Shown: one piece after another, positions 1 to 10,800 of the stretch
Layout: every line of letters begins with the position of its first letter
Position numbering within the stretch: the stretch's first letter is position 1
Virus record (IMG/VR): IMGVR_UViG_3300045256_000135
Span: 64,001 to 128,000 of that record
Source: a virus
Direction: 5' to 3' (one strand)
DNA: 64,000 bases
Translations under genes and position numbers: made by a program
The notes under the pieces: generated by a model
The model's input: only the letters and a program-made list of their open reading frames with translations
What the model was told of the DNA's origin: nothing
Database searches by the model: none

Positions 1-1974
1 GTGGAGTGGATCGCTGGATCGAAGTTCCTAAACGTCGAGTCGATCTGGCAGTTTACTCGTCAGTACGAGTTAGTCCGTGATTTCTTCCAGCTTCGTTGTC
101 CCATTTGCAACAAAGGCGATGGAGACTGCTGGGGTAAAAGTCCAACACAGCTCCAAGACGAAGTCAGGCTGGTTTGGTCTCCAGCGTACAGTGAAGATGT
201 CTGTCCGAAGTGCAACACCACCCGGACAGAATTCAACCATGACCAACTATTGCGCTCCTTTGATACGTTCATTGGGGTCGCAGGAATGCGGTCTGGCAAG
301 AGTGTCATGGCAGGGATGCTAGGGACTTACATCCGACACGTCTACACGACGTTTGGGATTAAGGACAAAGGCAGCATCCACAAGATGTTTGGCCTTTTGC
401 CAACGCAAAACCTAGAACTGGCATTCGTTGCAACTACCGCAACTCAGGCTAAAGAGACAATCTGGGCTAACTTTCAGAAGCAATGCACAGCCTCGCCCTG
501 GTTTAAGCGCTACGCTGCTTGGATCACGAGGAAGATGAACCGACAGCTGGTTAGCCCTGGTCAGCGTCCCTGGATCTACAATGAGCTCACAGACTTCATC
601 CAGGACGACTGGCTGATGTTTAACTGTGCATCATTGAACAGCAACTCAGGTGGTCTAGCAGGGCGAACGAGAGTTGGGTTTCTCGCTGACGAGCTTTCAC
701 GCTTTGGTGTGACAGACTCAAAGATGGGCGCTGATGAAATCTGGGCTGTGTTCGATCACTCTCTGAAGACGATTCGGGGTGCTCGTATTCAATTCCAGAT
801 GAAGGAGCCATGGCTTGGCACTGCGATTACCGTAAGCTCACCCATCAGCATCGAAGACAAGACGATGCGTCTGTACAATGAAGCGAAGGAGTTGAAGAAC
901 TACTTCGCGTGGAAGTACCCCACTTGGGAGTTCAACCCGTTCCAGCCTCGCTCCAACTTTGAATCAGATTACAAAGCGGATCCAGTGATGGCGGAGCGTG
1001 ATTTCGGTGCCAGCCCGCCCAACGCCACGAACCCTCTGATTCAGGACCCTCTTCGGTTTTGGCTAAGCGTAGCCAAGTCGTCCACCCCCACAGCTATATT
1101 TAGAGCTACGCATCCCATCGACAAGTCTGGGCGTGAGTACGTAGGTGCTGAACTTGAGCACTCGATCGTTGAACGTCAACGTCCGTTGTACATCTTTGGC
1201 GACGCGGGCAAGAGTTTTGACCAGTTCGCTCTAGTCGCTTGTTCGGGTGTTTGGGCGCCGGCGTTCAACGAGCCTGCTGATCAATTTGCAGTGCCACTGC
1301 AGCCAGTTCAACTGGATCCATTGTACATCGAGCCACAGAACAACTCAGACCCTGAGCAGATGACATTGATGACCGTCCATGAGTGGTCTCTGCGGATCAT
1401 TCCAGAAGACGGTAACCCAGGCAAGCGAGAGGTTTGGTACGAATCTGTTGTGGACATTCTCAGGAAGTTGATGAAGTATCGAAAGATCGCCATGGTTGCT
1501 TTCGACTCATGGAACTCAGCTTCAACCTTGCAAACCATCTCAAACATGGGTATCCCAACCACCCAGGTTAGCTTGAACGTATCAGACTTCTCGAAGGCTG
1601 TTCAAGACGCAATGTTGGGTAGAGCTAAGCTGCTCCCACCACGACCATCTGACAAACTGTCTCTTGATCCATCGAATGGTTCACTGATTCTGGGCATCAA
1701 GCCACAGGATCTATCTGCAGAAGGTGCAACGCTTTACGAGCTGTTGAAGCTTGAGAGATCGAAAGATCTCAAGCAGGTTTTTAACCCATTGAAAGGCAAG
1801 GTTAGGGGAGCAAACTCTGACGACCTTGCTAACTGCTTTGCTGGTGCGCATCGCTTGGTTCAAGAAAGCATCGGTAAGATCACTAACACAGCCATGGAAA
1901 TCAGACGGTCCAAAGAAGAAGCTGGAGCTAGCAAGTTTGTTGGTGGCTTAGCAAGAGGTCCGCGATGGGGTTGA
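1..1974 (+). CDS. terL: Terminase large subunit (may begin upstream of the window)
   Basis: Walker A GMRSGKS, Walker B FLADE, VSSP coupling motif, RNase H-like nuclease motifs (IFGDAG, VAFDSWNS, SDDLA); first gene of head module. Confidence 0.9.
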   Translation: MEWIAGSKFLNVESIWQFTRQYELVRDFFQLRCPICNKGDGDCWGKSPTQLQDEVRLVWSPAYSEDVCPKCNTTRTEFNHDQLLRSFDTFIGVAGMRSGKSVMAGMLGTYIRHVYTTFGIKDKGSIHKMFGLLPTQNLELAFVATTATQAKETIWANFQKQCTASPWFKRYAAWITRKMNRQLVSPGQRPWIYNELTDFIQDDWLMFNCASLNSNSGGLAGRTRVGFLADELSRFGVTDSKMGADEIWAVFDHSLKTIRGARIQFQMKEPWLGTAITVSSPISIEDKTMRLYNEAKELKNYFAWKYPTWEFNPFQPRSNFESDYKADPVMAERDFGASPPNATNPLIQDPLRFWLSVAKSSTPTAIFRATHPIDKSGREYVGAELEHSIVERQRPLYIFGDAGKSFDQFALVACSGVWAPAFNEPADQFAVPLQPVQLDPLYIEPQNNSDPEQMTLMTVHEWSLRIIPEDGNPGKREVWYESVVDILRKLMKYRKIAMVAFDSWNSASTLQTISNMGIPTTQVSLNVSDFSKAVQDAMLGRAKLLPPRPSDKLSLDPSNGSLILGIKPQDLSAEGATLYELLKLERSKDLKQVFNPLKGKVRGANSDDLANCFAGAHRLVQESIGKITNTAMEIRRSKEEAGASKFVGGLARGPRWG

Positions 1975-4900
1975 AACCAAAGCCAAAACCAGCTTCAGTG
2001 GTTAATACGGCGAATGTTCAAAACCTTCAGTTCTCAGCTCAGGAGGTACAGGCGTTTCTTGCGTCTGATCTGGGCTCAGCTCTTGCTTCAAAGATGTTCA
2101 GCCATGGGGTACCACTACCAGCTCCGATAGAGCTAGAGACACCTGATGGGTCTAGCTACTATCAAGCGCAGGCTTTGTTAGAAGCATGGAACACACTCCC
2201 GTGGTTGGCGACACAAGTGAAAGGATTTTCTCAGACTGCTGCAAAAGGTCCCGGTGCTCCAGGATGGTGTGAACATCACAAGCAAAACCACCACAAAAAC
2301 ACCAAGTGCCCGTTTATGACGGGTGGTGGCGTTTCAGAAGTGCCACCAGAGGAGACAAAACCCACCCAGTCTGCAGCTTTCGCTGAGAAAGCTAAGGTCC
2401 TCAGTGCTATCTATGCTCCGCTCTCAAAGTATGATTGGAACGGGCACCTGGTAGAGACAGTCAAGGCAGTTACTGATTTCCTAACCTCCACCGAGGGCCA
2501 TACTCTAGTTAACGGAGACGGTTTAGAGTTCGAAGATCTCGCCAACTTTCTTTCCGAACCTCTAGGCGAAAGCTTGGAGTTTGGATCAGCGCTAGTCGAT
2601 ACATTACTCGCCGCTGGTCTTTTAAAATCGAGTGCAGGACTTGTGACAGCTACTCCAGCTTTGGCTGGACCTGTAGCCAAGTGGAAGAACGCTATTGAAG
2701 CTGAGGATGCTGAGGTAGCTACTTCGACCAAGCCCGAAGCACCACCAGAGCCTGTTGGGAAAAGCTTAGACAAGCTCACCACGGCTGAGAAGCAGGCTGT
2801 AGCCGACCAAGTCTTCACCAACATCACGAAGGGCTGGAACCCCACCTACCCCGACGCAATTAAGAAGAAGATCACTTGGTTGCTGACCAAGTCAAACGCC
2901 CTTCTTAGCGACGATACTTTGTCCAAGAATCAGTGGGTTGACGAGATATCAAATCAGACAGGGAATACTACGCTTTTCTGTCAAAAGCTTGTAAACGCGT
3001 TTATTGACGTTGGGATTCTAGTTCCAGACAAGCTGAACGGGTTGAAGGTCAACAAGCACATTGAAGTGTCTGATTCAGCCGATACGACGAAACCAAAGAC
3101 CAACCAGCTCGATAAGTCTTCCCTAACGAAAGCTAACCCGCATTACCTTAACTCAACCAAGCCCGAATCCTGGCTGCTTGAATCCCTTGTGGCTAGCCCA
3201 CCACCGTGGCCTCTTGACAAGATTGATCTGATCAAGCGAGTTCGGAACTACACTTGGTGTTTTCAGACATCGTATCAGCTCGGGTTGAAGGAAGCGAAAG
3301 ATCTTGTTGAAGCAGCAATTGCTGCAGGTCTCTTTCAACAGACTGACGTGGCGCATTCGAGCTATCCAAAGTTTACGCTGAAGCCTTTGGCACCCGATGT
3401 AGCAAAGCAGATTTCTGCGAATGTTAAGCAGCCAAAGCCAAAGCCAGATCCGATACAGACTCCGTCAGATGCACCTCAGTCCAACACACCAGCACCGTTC
3501 ACCACTTATGAGACCACCAAGAAGTCAGTACCAAATGCTACGAAGACGAATCTGAAGAGCCAAGCAATCGCTGATTTCGGATGGAACACAAATGGGAAGG
3601 GATCTAAGGTACTTGACACCCTGCTCTCTGGTGGACAGCACACTGTTGATAGTCTCCTCAAGAAGCTCTCTGCAGATGGTACGACTACTACCAAAGGAGT
3701 AGTTGTAAGCATTGTAGACGATCTGATCAGCAAAGGTTACGCGAAGCTTCAAGATGGGAAGATTCGCGCAGCAGAGCTAAAGTCTAAGCCTTGGTTGAAT
3801 CAGCCTCAGCAATTGCCAAAAAAGGGCAAGGGCCTGCATGTTGCTCCAGTGCAACCCAAGCTAACTGGGAAGACTCCTAAGACTGTGTACCAAGACGCAG
3901 ATGGACAAACGTTCCTTTTCAAGCAAGGGGAGCCAAACTCTCAGGCTGCTGATAAGGCGTCCAAGGTGTTTCAGAAGCTTCTGCCAGAGTTTGCGATTAA
4001 AGTTGAAGCCACAAAGATCGATAACATCGTTGGTTCAGTACAACCATACATGGATGCTGATGCACCTCCCGCAGTAGACAAGATGTCACCTGCTCAGAGG
4101 AGAAGCTTGCAGCAGCAGCAAGTGGTTGACTGGTTGATTGGAAACTACGATAACAAGCCTGACAACTTCATCCTGGTTGGCGATAAGGTGCTTGGGATCG
4201 ACAAAGATCAATCGTTCAAGGACTATGAATTGGTCCCAGCCCTCGAAGTGGAGCAGAAACACACGGGTAGCGGATCTATCTACAAGCAGCTAAACCAGTT
4301 CTTCAAAGACAATCCGAAAGAGCTGGATCCCAGTGCGTACCAAGACGTCGTAAAGAAGATCTCAAATCTGTCGGATGAGGAATGGACACAGCTTGTGCCA
4401 CCTTCAGCACTGGAAAGTGCCAAGGCGAGAAAGCAGTCGATCAAAGCTGATTTCGAGAAGCTAGTCAGTGAGCTGAAGGGTGAGCCAACACAGCTTGGTA
4501 CAACATCGCCACAAGAAGCTCCAGCTGTCTTGCCAGTACCTGAAGGTGGCAAGAAAGTGCTCCCGTCGGCTGAGCTACCATCAGTAGCCGAGCTTAAGCA
4601 CGAAGGTTCTGGAGCACATCTTGGTGGCGCGAAGCCAAAGGACATCTACTCTGACAAGAGCGGCAAGAAGTACCTGTTCAAGCCTGCTGCCGAACCGTGG
4701 AGACGTGCTGTTCAGCAGGCTGTTTCAGATCTTAGCAGTATGATTGTTTCGCCAGCAGAGTTTGTACCCGTGAAGGCTGACCATGCTGGTACACTTCAGC
4801 CATTGGTACCGAATGCTACACCATTGATCGGCAAGGCTCCCAAGTCTCTAACGCCGGCGCAGAAGTCGGGTGTGCAAAGAGAACGCTTGTTGGACTGGGT

Positions 4901-5345
4901 CTTCGGAAACCACGATAGCCATGGCAATAACATGATTCTCTCAGGCGACACTGTGCTCGGGGTCGATAAAGAGCAGGCTTTCAAGCACCTAGGCAGTGAT
5001 AAGCTAGACGTTGACTACCACCCGAATGCAGAGTTTGGTGAGAAGCCACCGTACTACAACCAGTTCTACAAGGATTATGCGGACAAGAAGATTGATCTGA
5101 ATCTGAACGAGCTTCTTCCGTATATCAAGAAGATCGAATCGATTCCAGATTCGACTTGGGAAACTGTAGTTCAACCCTACGTCGAGGGCCTTGCTAAGGA
5201 CACACCAAACGCTGGTGTGAAATGGAAGCAGAAGCTGACAAAGCAAATCCTCGAACGGAAGAACAACGTACGCAAGGATTTTGAGCAGTTCTTTAGTGAG
5301 CTTCGAAAGAAGCGGGGCGAAGGCCCATTCAAGTTTGGTGAATGA
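1965..5345 (+). CDS. Large multi-domain protein with two C-terminal HipA/PI3-4K-like kinase domains; putative head-packaged effector
   Basis: Two copies of [FY]LFK...DWxxGNxDxxxxN...G[IV]DK[DE]QxF; N-terminal His/Cys tag; wHTH-like repeats; L7/L12-like segment. Confidence 0.7.
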   Translation: MGLKPKPKPASVVNTANVQNLQFSAQEVQAFLASDLGSALASKMFSHGVPLPAPIELETPDGSSYYQAQALLEAWNTLPWLATQVKGFSQTAAKGPGAPGWCEHHKQNHHKNTKCPFMTGGGVSEVPPEETKPTQSAAFAEKAKVLSAIYAPLSKYDWNGHLVETVKAVTDFLTSTEGHTLVNGDGLEFEDLANFLSEPLGESLEFGSALVDTLLAAGLLKSSAGLVTATPALAGPVAKWKNAIEAEDAEVATSTKPEAPPEPVGKSLDKLTTAEKQAVADQVFTNITKGWNPTYPDAIKKKITWLLTKSNALLSDDTLSKNQWVDEISNQTGNTTLFCQKLVNAFIDVGILVPDKLNGLKVNKHIEVSDSADTTKPKTNQLDKSSLTKANPHYLNSTKPESWLLESLVASPPPWPLDKIDLIKRVRNYTWCFQTSYQLGLKEAKDLVEAAIAAGLFQQTDVAHSSYPKFTLKPLAPDVAKQISANVKQPKPKPDPIQTPSDAPQSNTPAPFTTYETTKKSVPNATKTNLKSQAIADFGWNTNGKGSKVLDTLLSGGQHTVDSLLKKLSADGTTTTKGVVVSIVDDLISKGYAKLQDGKIRAAELKSKPWLNQPQQLPKKGKGLHVAPVQPKLTGKTPKTVYQDADGQTFLFKQGEPNSQAADKASKVFQKLLPEFAIKVEATKIDNIVGSVQPYMDADAPPAVDKMSPAQRRSLQQQQVVDWLIGNYDNKPDNFILVGDKVLGIDKDQSFKDYELVPALEVEQKHTGSGSIYKQLNQFFKDNPKELDPSAYQDVVKKISNLSDEEWTQLVPPSALESAKARKQSIKADFEKLVSELKGEPTQLGTTSPQEAPAVLPVPEGGKKVLPSAELPSVAELKHEGSGAHLGGAKPKDIYSDKSGKKYLFKPAAEPWRRAVQQAVSDLSSMIVSPAEFVPVKADHAGTLQPLVPNATPLIGKAPKSLTPAQKSGVQRERLLDWVFGNHDSHGNNMILSGDTVLGVDKEQAFKHLGSDKLDVDYHPNAEFGEKPPYYNQFYKDYADKKIDLNLNELLPYIKKIESIPDSTWETVVQPYVEGLAKDTPNAGVKWKQKLTKQILERKNNVRKDFEQFFSELRKKRGEGPFKFGE
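2241..2330 (+). repeat. Copy 1 of ~90-bp coding repeat (AKGPGxPGWCEHHKQNHHKNTKCPFMTGGG)
   Basis: Near-identical to 8021-8110; the 3' ~57 nt are identical. Confidence 0.95.
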
Positions 5346-5346
5346 C

Positions 5347-7866
5347 ATGCGGCATATTTTCCCCAACAAAGAGCTGAGTTTTGAGGACGCATATGTCCCG
5401 TCTAGAACCATTTGCGGTGCCCTAGCCACAATCGGTGGTGATGGACCCACTTGTTCAGCGTGCTTGAGAAAACAAGCAGCTGTGAACATCATAGACAGAC
5501 CAGAACCCGGGGTTGGGAGCGAGTCTGGTGCTGGAGACGCTTCCGTTCTGAAAGAAGATGCTTTCTCATCAGTGCCATTGATCAATCGTCCAGAGGAGAA
5601 CAGCAACCCAGCTGGCTCTGCAGAGAGAGACTTTGGCATGCGTAGACGGACAGAAGGTAGTGGTTTTGGGAACAACCTCACTGATCTAACTGTTGCAGAG
5701 GCTCTTCACTACACCGCATCACCAGAAGGTGAATTTGCTGTCAGTGATGACGAGTTCATAGCCAAGTTGAACGATGGTATCGGGCTGGAGTACTCACAGC
5801 ATCTTCGCTATCTAACGTATGCTTCAACCCTACGGCTCGCCTTTAGAGAAGCTCTTGCTGAGGAGTTTGTAGAGCATGCGGATAAGGAGTCCGAGCATGC
5901 TCAGATTCTCTCTCGAAGAGTGGTAGCTCTCGGTGGCAAGCTGGACTTTAAAGTAGCTGAGCCGGTAGTGTTTGACCCCACCGACCCGAATGTGCTCGAG
6001 AAGATTCTTGCTGAGCTTTGGCAGCGAGAGCAATCTGGGCTAACGTACTACCGAGAGCTTTTGCAGATGTGTGGCAAGTCGGTCTTTAGTCACACAGTCG
6101 AAGAGATTCTTGTCACTGAACTCGAACACAATGATGACATCAAGCGATTTGGGTACTCGCCGAATGAATCGAAAGTGGCGACTCGAAGACTGGCTGAAGT
6201 CGTAAATCAAGCACCCCTGTCACAGCCAGAACAGTGGAAGCAGAGCTACCACGATGAGAACGCGTTTGAAGGCTTGGACAAGATGGGTGATTGTGCGACA
6301 TGCGGAGAAAGTCTACATGGCACTGATATACACGACTGTCCGATGTGTTCAAGTCGCCAAGCTATACTTTCTAAGTACGCATGCTTCCAATGTGTAACGT
6401 CAGGTAGATTGGTTATCTGTGGTTCTTGTTCAACAGTCTATAACATCGAGCCGATCTACTGGAACAATCGTCGAGTAGCAGCTTGGATCAAGCGAGCAGA
6501 CGCTGTAAAGCGAAAGATGCTCTTCGGTGGTCTCCCCATCCACATCGAATACAACGCGGGTGATACTAAGACGTACGAAAATGGCAACTCACGGCAGTAC
6601 CGAAACGACTATGGCTTCATTCCCGGCACTGTTGGAGCTGATGGCGAGCCTATTGACGTGTACATGGGGCACTACCCGAGCCACCAAGCGCACGTGGTGA
6701 GCCAACTCAAGCCAGACGGAAGCTACGACGAGGACAAGGTGATGCTCGGATTTCAATCACCTGAGCATGCAGAGGCTGCATATCGTCAGCACTACCCCAA
6801 CAACGGGGAAGGCCATTTCGGTGGGATGAAGTCTCTTGGCATGGAGCAGTTCATCTCCGACTACTGCCAACCATCACGTGAGGACCCCTGGAAGCCAAAG
6901 CTGATCATCAAGCAGGTGCCTCTCGAGGTGATCACTGCTCAGAAAGTCAAGGTCAAGAATCCACAGACTGGGTGGGTTGGCTGGGTAAACCCAGAGAACG
7001 CTGATAAGTACGAGCCTGCAGTTGATTCAGATTCACCATCTGACACACCCAACGAGTTCTCGATCGACCCAAGTCCCAACGATGTAGACGAGGCTGTAAA
7101 GCAGGTTCAAGAGAGATCTAAGCTTGCTCCTGATCAGTTCAGAGTCAACCCATTGCCTCAGGATGTTGAAGCCGCAGTGAACGAAGCTCTGAATAGGCTA
7201 GACAGTTTCGTTAAGCAAAACCCAGATTTTGCACTTGCTCCAGATCAGGTGTCTGTAACGCATCTTGACCCTAGCCAAACCTCTGGTAATCCGACGGTTG
7301 ACAAGGTATCAGATGCAATTGTTGCTTCAGTCGAATCGCCTGAAGTAGCTAAAGAGGTGCTTCCAGCTGTTGTTCAGTCTATCTCAAAGAGTTCTCCAGT
7401 AGCTGGAGAAGCTGTCAGTGCTCTAGCAGAGACGTTGGCAAAGGCGCCAACACCAGAGGACGCACAGTCAGCGCTGAAAGAAGTGCTAGCGGACACACCA
7501 ATCGCTTCTCGTTACAGCAAGACTGAGACCTTACCACAGGCTAAGCCTAAGCAGAAATTGCCACAGGTTGCTCCACCAAAGGCGCCATCACAAAGTCAGC
7601 CGATGCAACCCCAGATCAAACCGAAGCCAGACTCTGTCGATATGTCGGAGGCCATCTCACCAGTAGAGCAAGAGTGGCAAAAGGAACGTGGTAAGCTCAA
7701 GGAGCTTTGGTCTCAGATGTGGCGTCTTATCGGCGGGCCTGGATATCAACCTGGCCCTTACCTGAAGGAATCAGCAAAAGAATACGAGATGCCAGACCAC
7801 GGTCCTTTAGGCAATGATGGCGAGATTGATCACCCAGTGGAAGACAAGGTGACCACATATGCTTGA
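5347..7866 (+). CDS. Multi-domain protein: ferritin/Dps-like four-helix bundle, Zn-finger cluster, InPase (inorganic pyrophosphatase-like) domain
   Basis: E..HADKESEH and EQSG..YY..ELEH ferroxidase-like motifs; several CxxC pairs; DYGFIPGT.GADGEPIDVY...DEDKVMLGF. ATG 5347 preferred over the track's TTG 5281. Confidence 0.75.
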   Translation: MRHIFPNKELSFEDAYVPSRTICGALATIGGDGPTCSACLRKQAAVNIIDRPEPGVGSESGAGDASVLKEDAFSSVPLINRPEENSNPAGSAERDFGMRRRTEGSGFGNNLTDLTVAEALHYTASPEGEFAVSDDEFIAKLNDGIGLEYSQHLRYLTYASTLRLAFREALAEEFVEHADKESEHAQILSRRVVALGGKLDFKVAEPVVFDPTDPNVLEKILAELWQREQSGLTYYRELLQMCGKSVFSHTVEEILVTELEHNDDIKRFGYSPNESKVATRRLAEVVNQAPLSQPEQWKQSYHDENAFEGLDKMGDCATCGESLHGTDIHDCPMCSSRQAILSKYACFQCVTSGRLVICGSCSTVYNIEPIYWNNRRVAAWIKRADAVKRKMLFGGLPIHIEYNAGDTKTYENGNSRQYRNDYGFIPGTVGADGEPIDVYMGHYPSHQAHVVSQLKPDGSYDEDKVMLGFQSPEHAEAAYRQHYPNNGEGHFGGMKSLGMEQFISDYCQPSREDPWKPKLIIKQVPLEVITAQKVKVKNPQTGWVGWVNPENADKYEPAVDSDSPSDTPNEFSIDPSPNDVDEAVKQVQERSKLAPDQFRVNPLPQDVEAAVNEALNRLDSFVKQNPDFALAPDQVSVTHLDPSQTSGNPTVDKVSDAIVASVESPEVAKEVLPAVVQSISKSSPVAGEAVSALAETLAKAPTPEDAQSALKEVLADTPIASRYSKTETLPQAKPKQKLPQVAPPKAPSQSQPMQPQIKPKPDSVDMSEAISPVEQEWQKERGKLKELWSQMWRLIGGPGYQPGPYLKESAKEYEMPDHGPLGNDGEIDHPVEDKVTTYA

Positions 7867-10800
7867 CGTTAAGAAGGCCTTGGGTATGACGCCAGATTCG
7901 TGGGTTCTGGACGAGAACTATGAGGTTGGTGACAACGCTCCCCACGAGAGGACAGATCTCGCCGTTGGAAGAACTGATCTCGATGAACTCTCGGTTCGGA
8001 CCGCGTTTGATCTGACAGCGGCAAAGGGCCCAGGCACCCCCGGATGGTGTGAGCATCACAAGCAAAACCACCACAAAAACACCAAGTGCCCGTTTATGAC
8101 GGGTGGTGGCACTTCTGAAACTTCTGCCCCACCCGAACACTCCAACCACAACAAGGCTAAGGAAAGTATCAAGGCGACGATATTTGACGCCTGCAAGAAA
8201 CTTGGCCTTGGCTTGGCACCATCAGCCGATTTGTCGGGATTCATTGCCACTCTCCAGGATCTTGGAGAACCTACTTGGCACACTGCGAAGAGTACGTTCA
8301 TTGCTACTATCAAGGGGGAGATGCAATGCTCCACCGAGCAGGCTGAGTCTATTTTTAAACAGTTGACTGAAACTGGTCTCTTCAAAGAGCAAAATGGAGA
8401 AGTTGTGTATGACCCAGGTGGGGAATCAACCAGTCCAACTCCACAGAAGGGTTTGAAGCCGAAAAAAATCGAAGCACCGCTGGATAAGTCGAAGTTCTCA
8501 CCTGGTGACGTAGCTGCGTTAGTTGATAAACTAGACCTGGCTCCTGGATCAGCTGAGTTGGGGTTTGTCAAGGCTTTGTCAAATGCTGGGGTCGATGGTC
8601 TGACCAAGACTGAACTCCTCGAATCTTCACATCTAGACCCGCAGGAAGCGGAAGCCGCGCTTAAAACTCTGTTAGCTGATGCTGGTAAAGCGATCACCAC
8701 AGATGGGTCTGGCAACGAACAGAAGATCTATTTCGGTGACTTCTCCGGCAACCCCAACCCGAGAGCGAACACCGGATGGACTGCTCAAGATCCTTTGGTC
8801 GTAACTAAAGCGATGGGTTGGAATGTTGGTGGCAAGGGTGAGGCAATGCTCCGGACCCTCGCCAAGGCAGCAGAAGACGGTATGACGGTAGAACAGCTTA
8901 TTACCGCCATGCCAAAGCCGAAAGCCGGTTCTAACAAGCCAAATGCTGCCTTGGCTAAGACTCTGTTAGATGCAGTCGTTGACAAGGGTCTTGCAAGCTA
9001 TGATGCAAAGACGAAGAAGTACACGCTTGGGGTTGACAAAGCAAAGCTTGAGGCTGACAAGCTGAAGAAACTGAAAGAAATTGAGGAGAAAGCCAAGCAA
9101 GATGCTATTGCAGCAGCTGAGAAGGCTAAGCAGGATCTGATCCAAAACAAACTGAAGTCTCTGACTTATCCGCCAAACACTTATGCAGCTGGTTCTGTGC
9201 CAAAGCCACAGTATGCGTCGAAACCTGCTCCACAAGGTGTTCCAGTAGACGTGCATCAAATAGCTCAGTTTTTGGGCAAGGACCTGCACAACGCTGAAGA
9301 GCTGAAACAGTTCGAGAGTTCGTCGGAGGGACAGCTGCTCAAGAAAATCAGTAACGGGGTGATGAACGCGAAGCACCTCTGCTCAACAAGTGAGAACCGA
9401 AAAGCGATGCTAAACCTCGTCAATTCAGGAGTTATTGACTGCACAAGTCCAGCTGCCCTGTTTGACGAAACGGTTAGCGACGCTGTTCTTGGAGCTACGT
9501 TTTTCTCGAAGAAGAAGCTACCGGGTTCAGCACAGGTAGCCAAGTTCATGCCAGCTCCATCAAAGACTGAGTTGAGCTATGCTGACGGGCAGATCACTCG
9601 CAAGGTGATAGTCTCAGAGGAGCTGGAGGACTCGATTGCTGCAGCGCAGGAAGTTACAACGATCGACGCTAACGCGATCAAGTTTATGTCTACTGAACCC
9701 GGTCGCTGGTGGCGTGAATCTGAGTTGGCTGAGCTACTTGGGAAGAAGGTGAAGCTGTCCTCAGACTTGTTAGAGAGCCGAGGTGAAGGAATACGAGTGA
9801 AGTGGCGGTCTTTGATGGCGTATAGCCTCAAGACAGGAACGAAGTGCCCAAAGTGTCACGTCAACCATCGTGACGGACATTTGTGCCCAGGTGCCCCACC
9901 ACCGAAGACCAAGCCTAACGCGGTGATGCCGTCATTCGATACTTTAGCATTAACGCCTGCAAAGCCTGCGTACAGTACCTATAGCCAAGCAGTAGCAGCT
10001 GCTAAAGCGCCAATGTCCTTTCCGCAGAAAGTTGAAGTTGCTGTCAAAGCTGCTAAAGAGATGCAAGCAAGTCCAGGAACGATGACGCACAAAATCATCT
10101 CATTGCTTGTTCAGCCTCAGAACCCAAGCACGATTGCTGCAGTTCTTCAAAATGCAGGGTTCAAGCAATCACCCGCTTCTGTTTTGTCTAAGTTAGTTTC
10201 AAAGGGGATCGTGGTTCAACAACCTGATGGATCATATCTTCTTAGTGGTCTGCCAAACCAGACGTCGGAGCTTCCGACTAAACCCGGCGAGGAGCTGCTC
10301 AAAGCCACGTCGACTCAACCAGCTGAAGGTGTCAGTGAGATCAGAGCTCAGTATCCAGCTGATCACCCGATTCAGTTCATGTCAGAGAAGCATGCGAAGA
10401 TGTTCCACCAGTTGGTCGACTACTATCATCAATTCGCAGCACCAGAAACGAACGGAGCTGCCTTTGGAACCAACAACGTTGACGACATTAAGTTCAACGA
10501 AATGCTGAACGCAGCGTCCAGTCAGATTCCGAAAAAAGTACAACAGGTACTGAAAGCATTTGCTGCGAGTTGGATCGGAAATTCACAATCGTGGGCTGGA
10601 CAGATCTTTAATGGTGCGTTGGTTCAGATGAAGATCACTCAGCAGGAGTTTGCTGGAAAGAGTCCAGCAATTCAGTTGAATGGTTCGCATTCACACGAAG
10701 GTTTCGTGTTCAACAGCTCCGACGTCGAAGCTCCAATCAAAATGAAGGATGGTACACCTGGCCCAAGTATTGCAGAAGTGGTCTTGCATCAATACGCAAT

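Noticed and set aside
5281-5346. 65-nt overlap of the ferritin ORF with the kinase gene as a possible +1 frameshift
   Set aside because: An ATG at 5347 directly after the kinase stop explains expression; no convincing stimulator seen.
5004-5681. Long minus-strand ORFs (also 8056-8715, 12292-12870, 25969-26718 and others)
   Set aside because: Antisense shadows of well-supported + strand genes, with no RBS or recognisable motifs.
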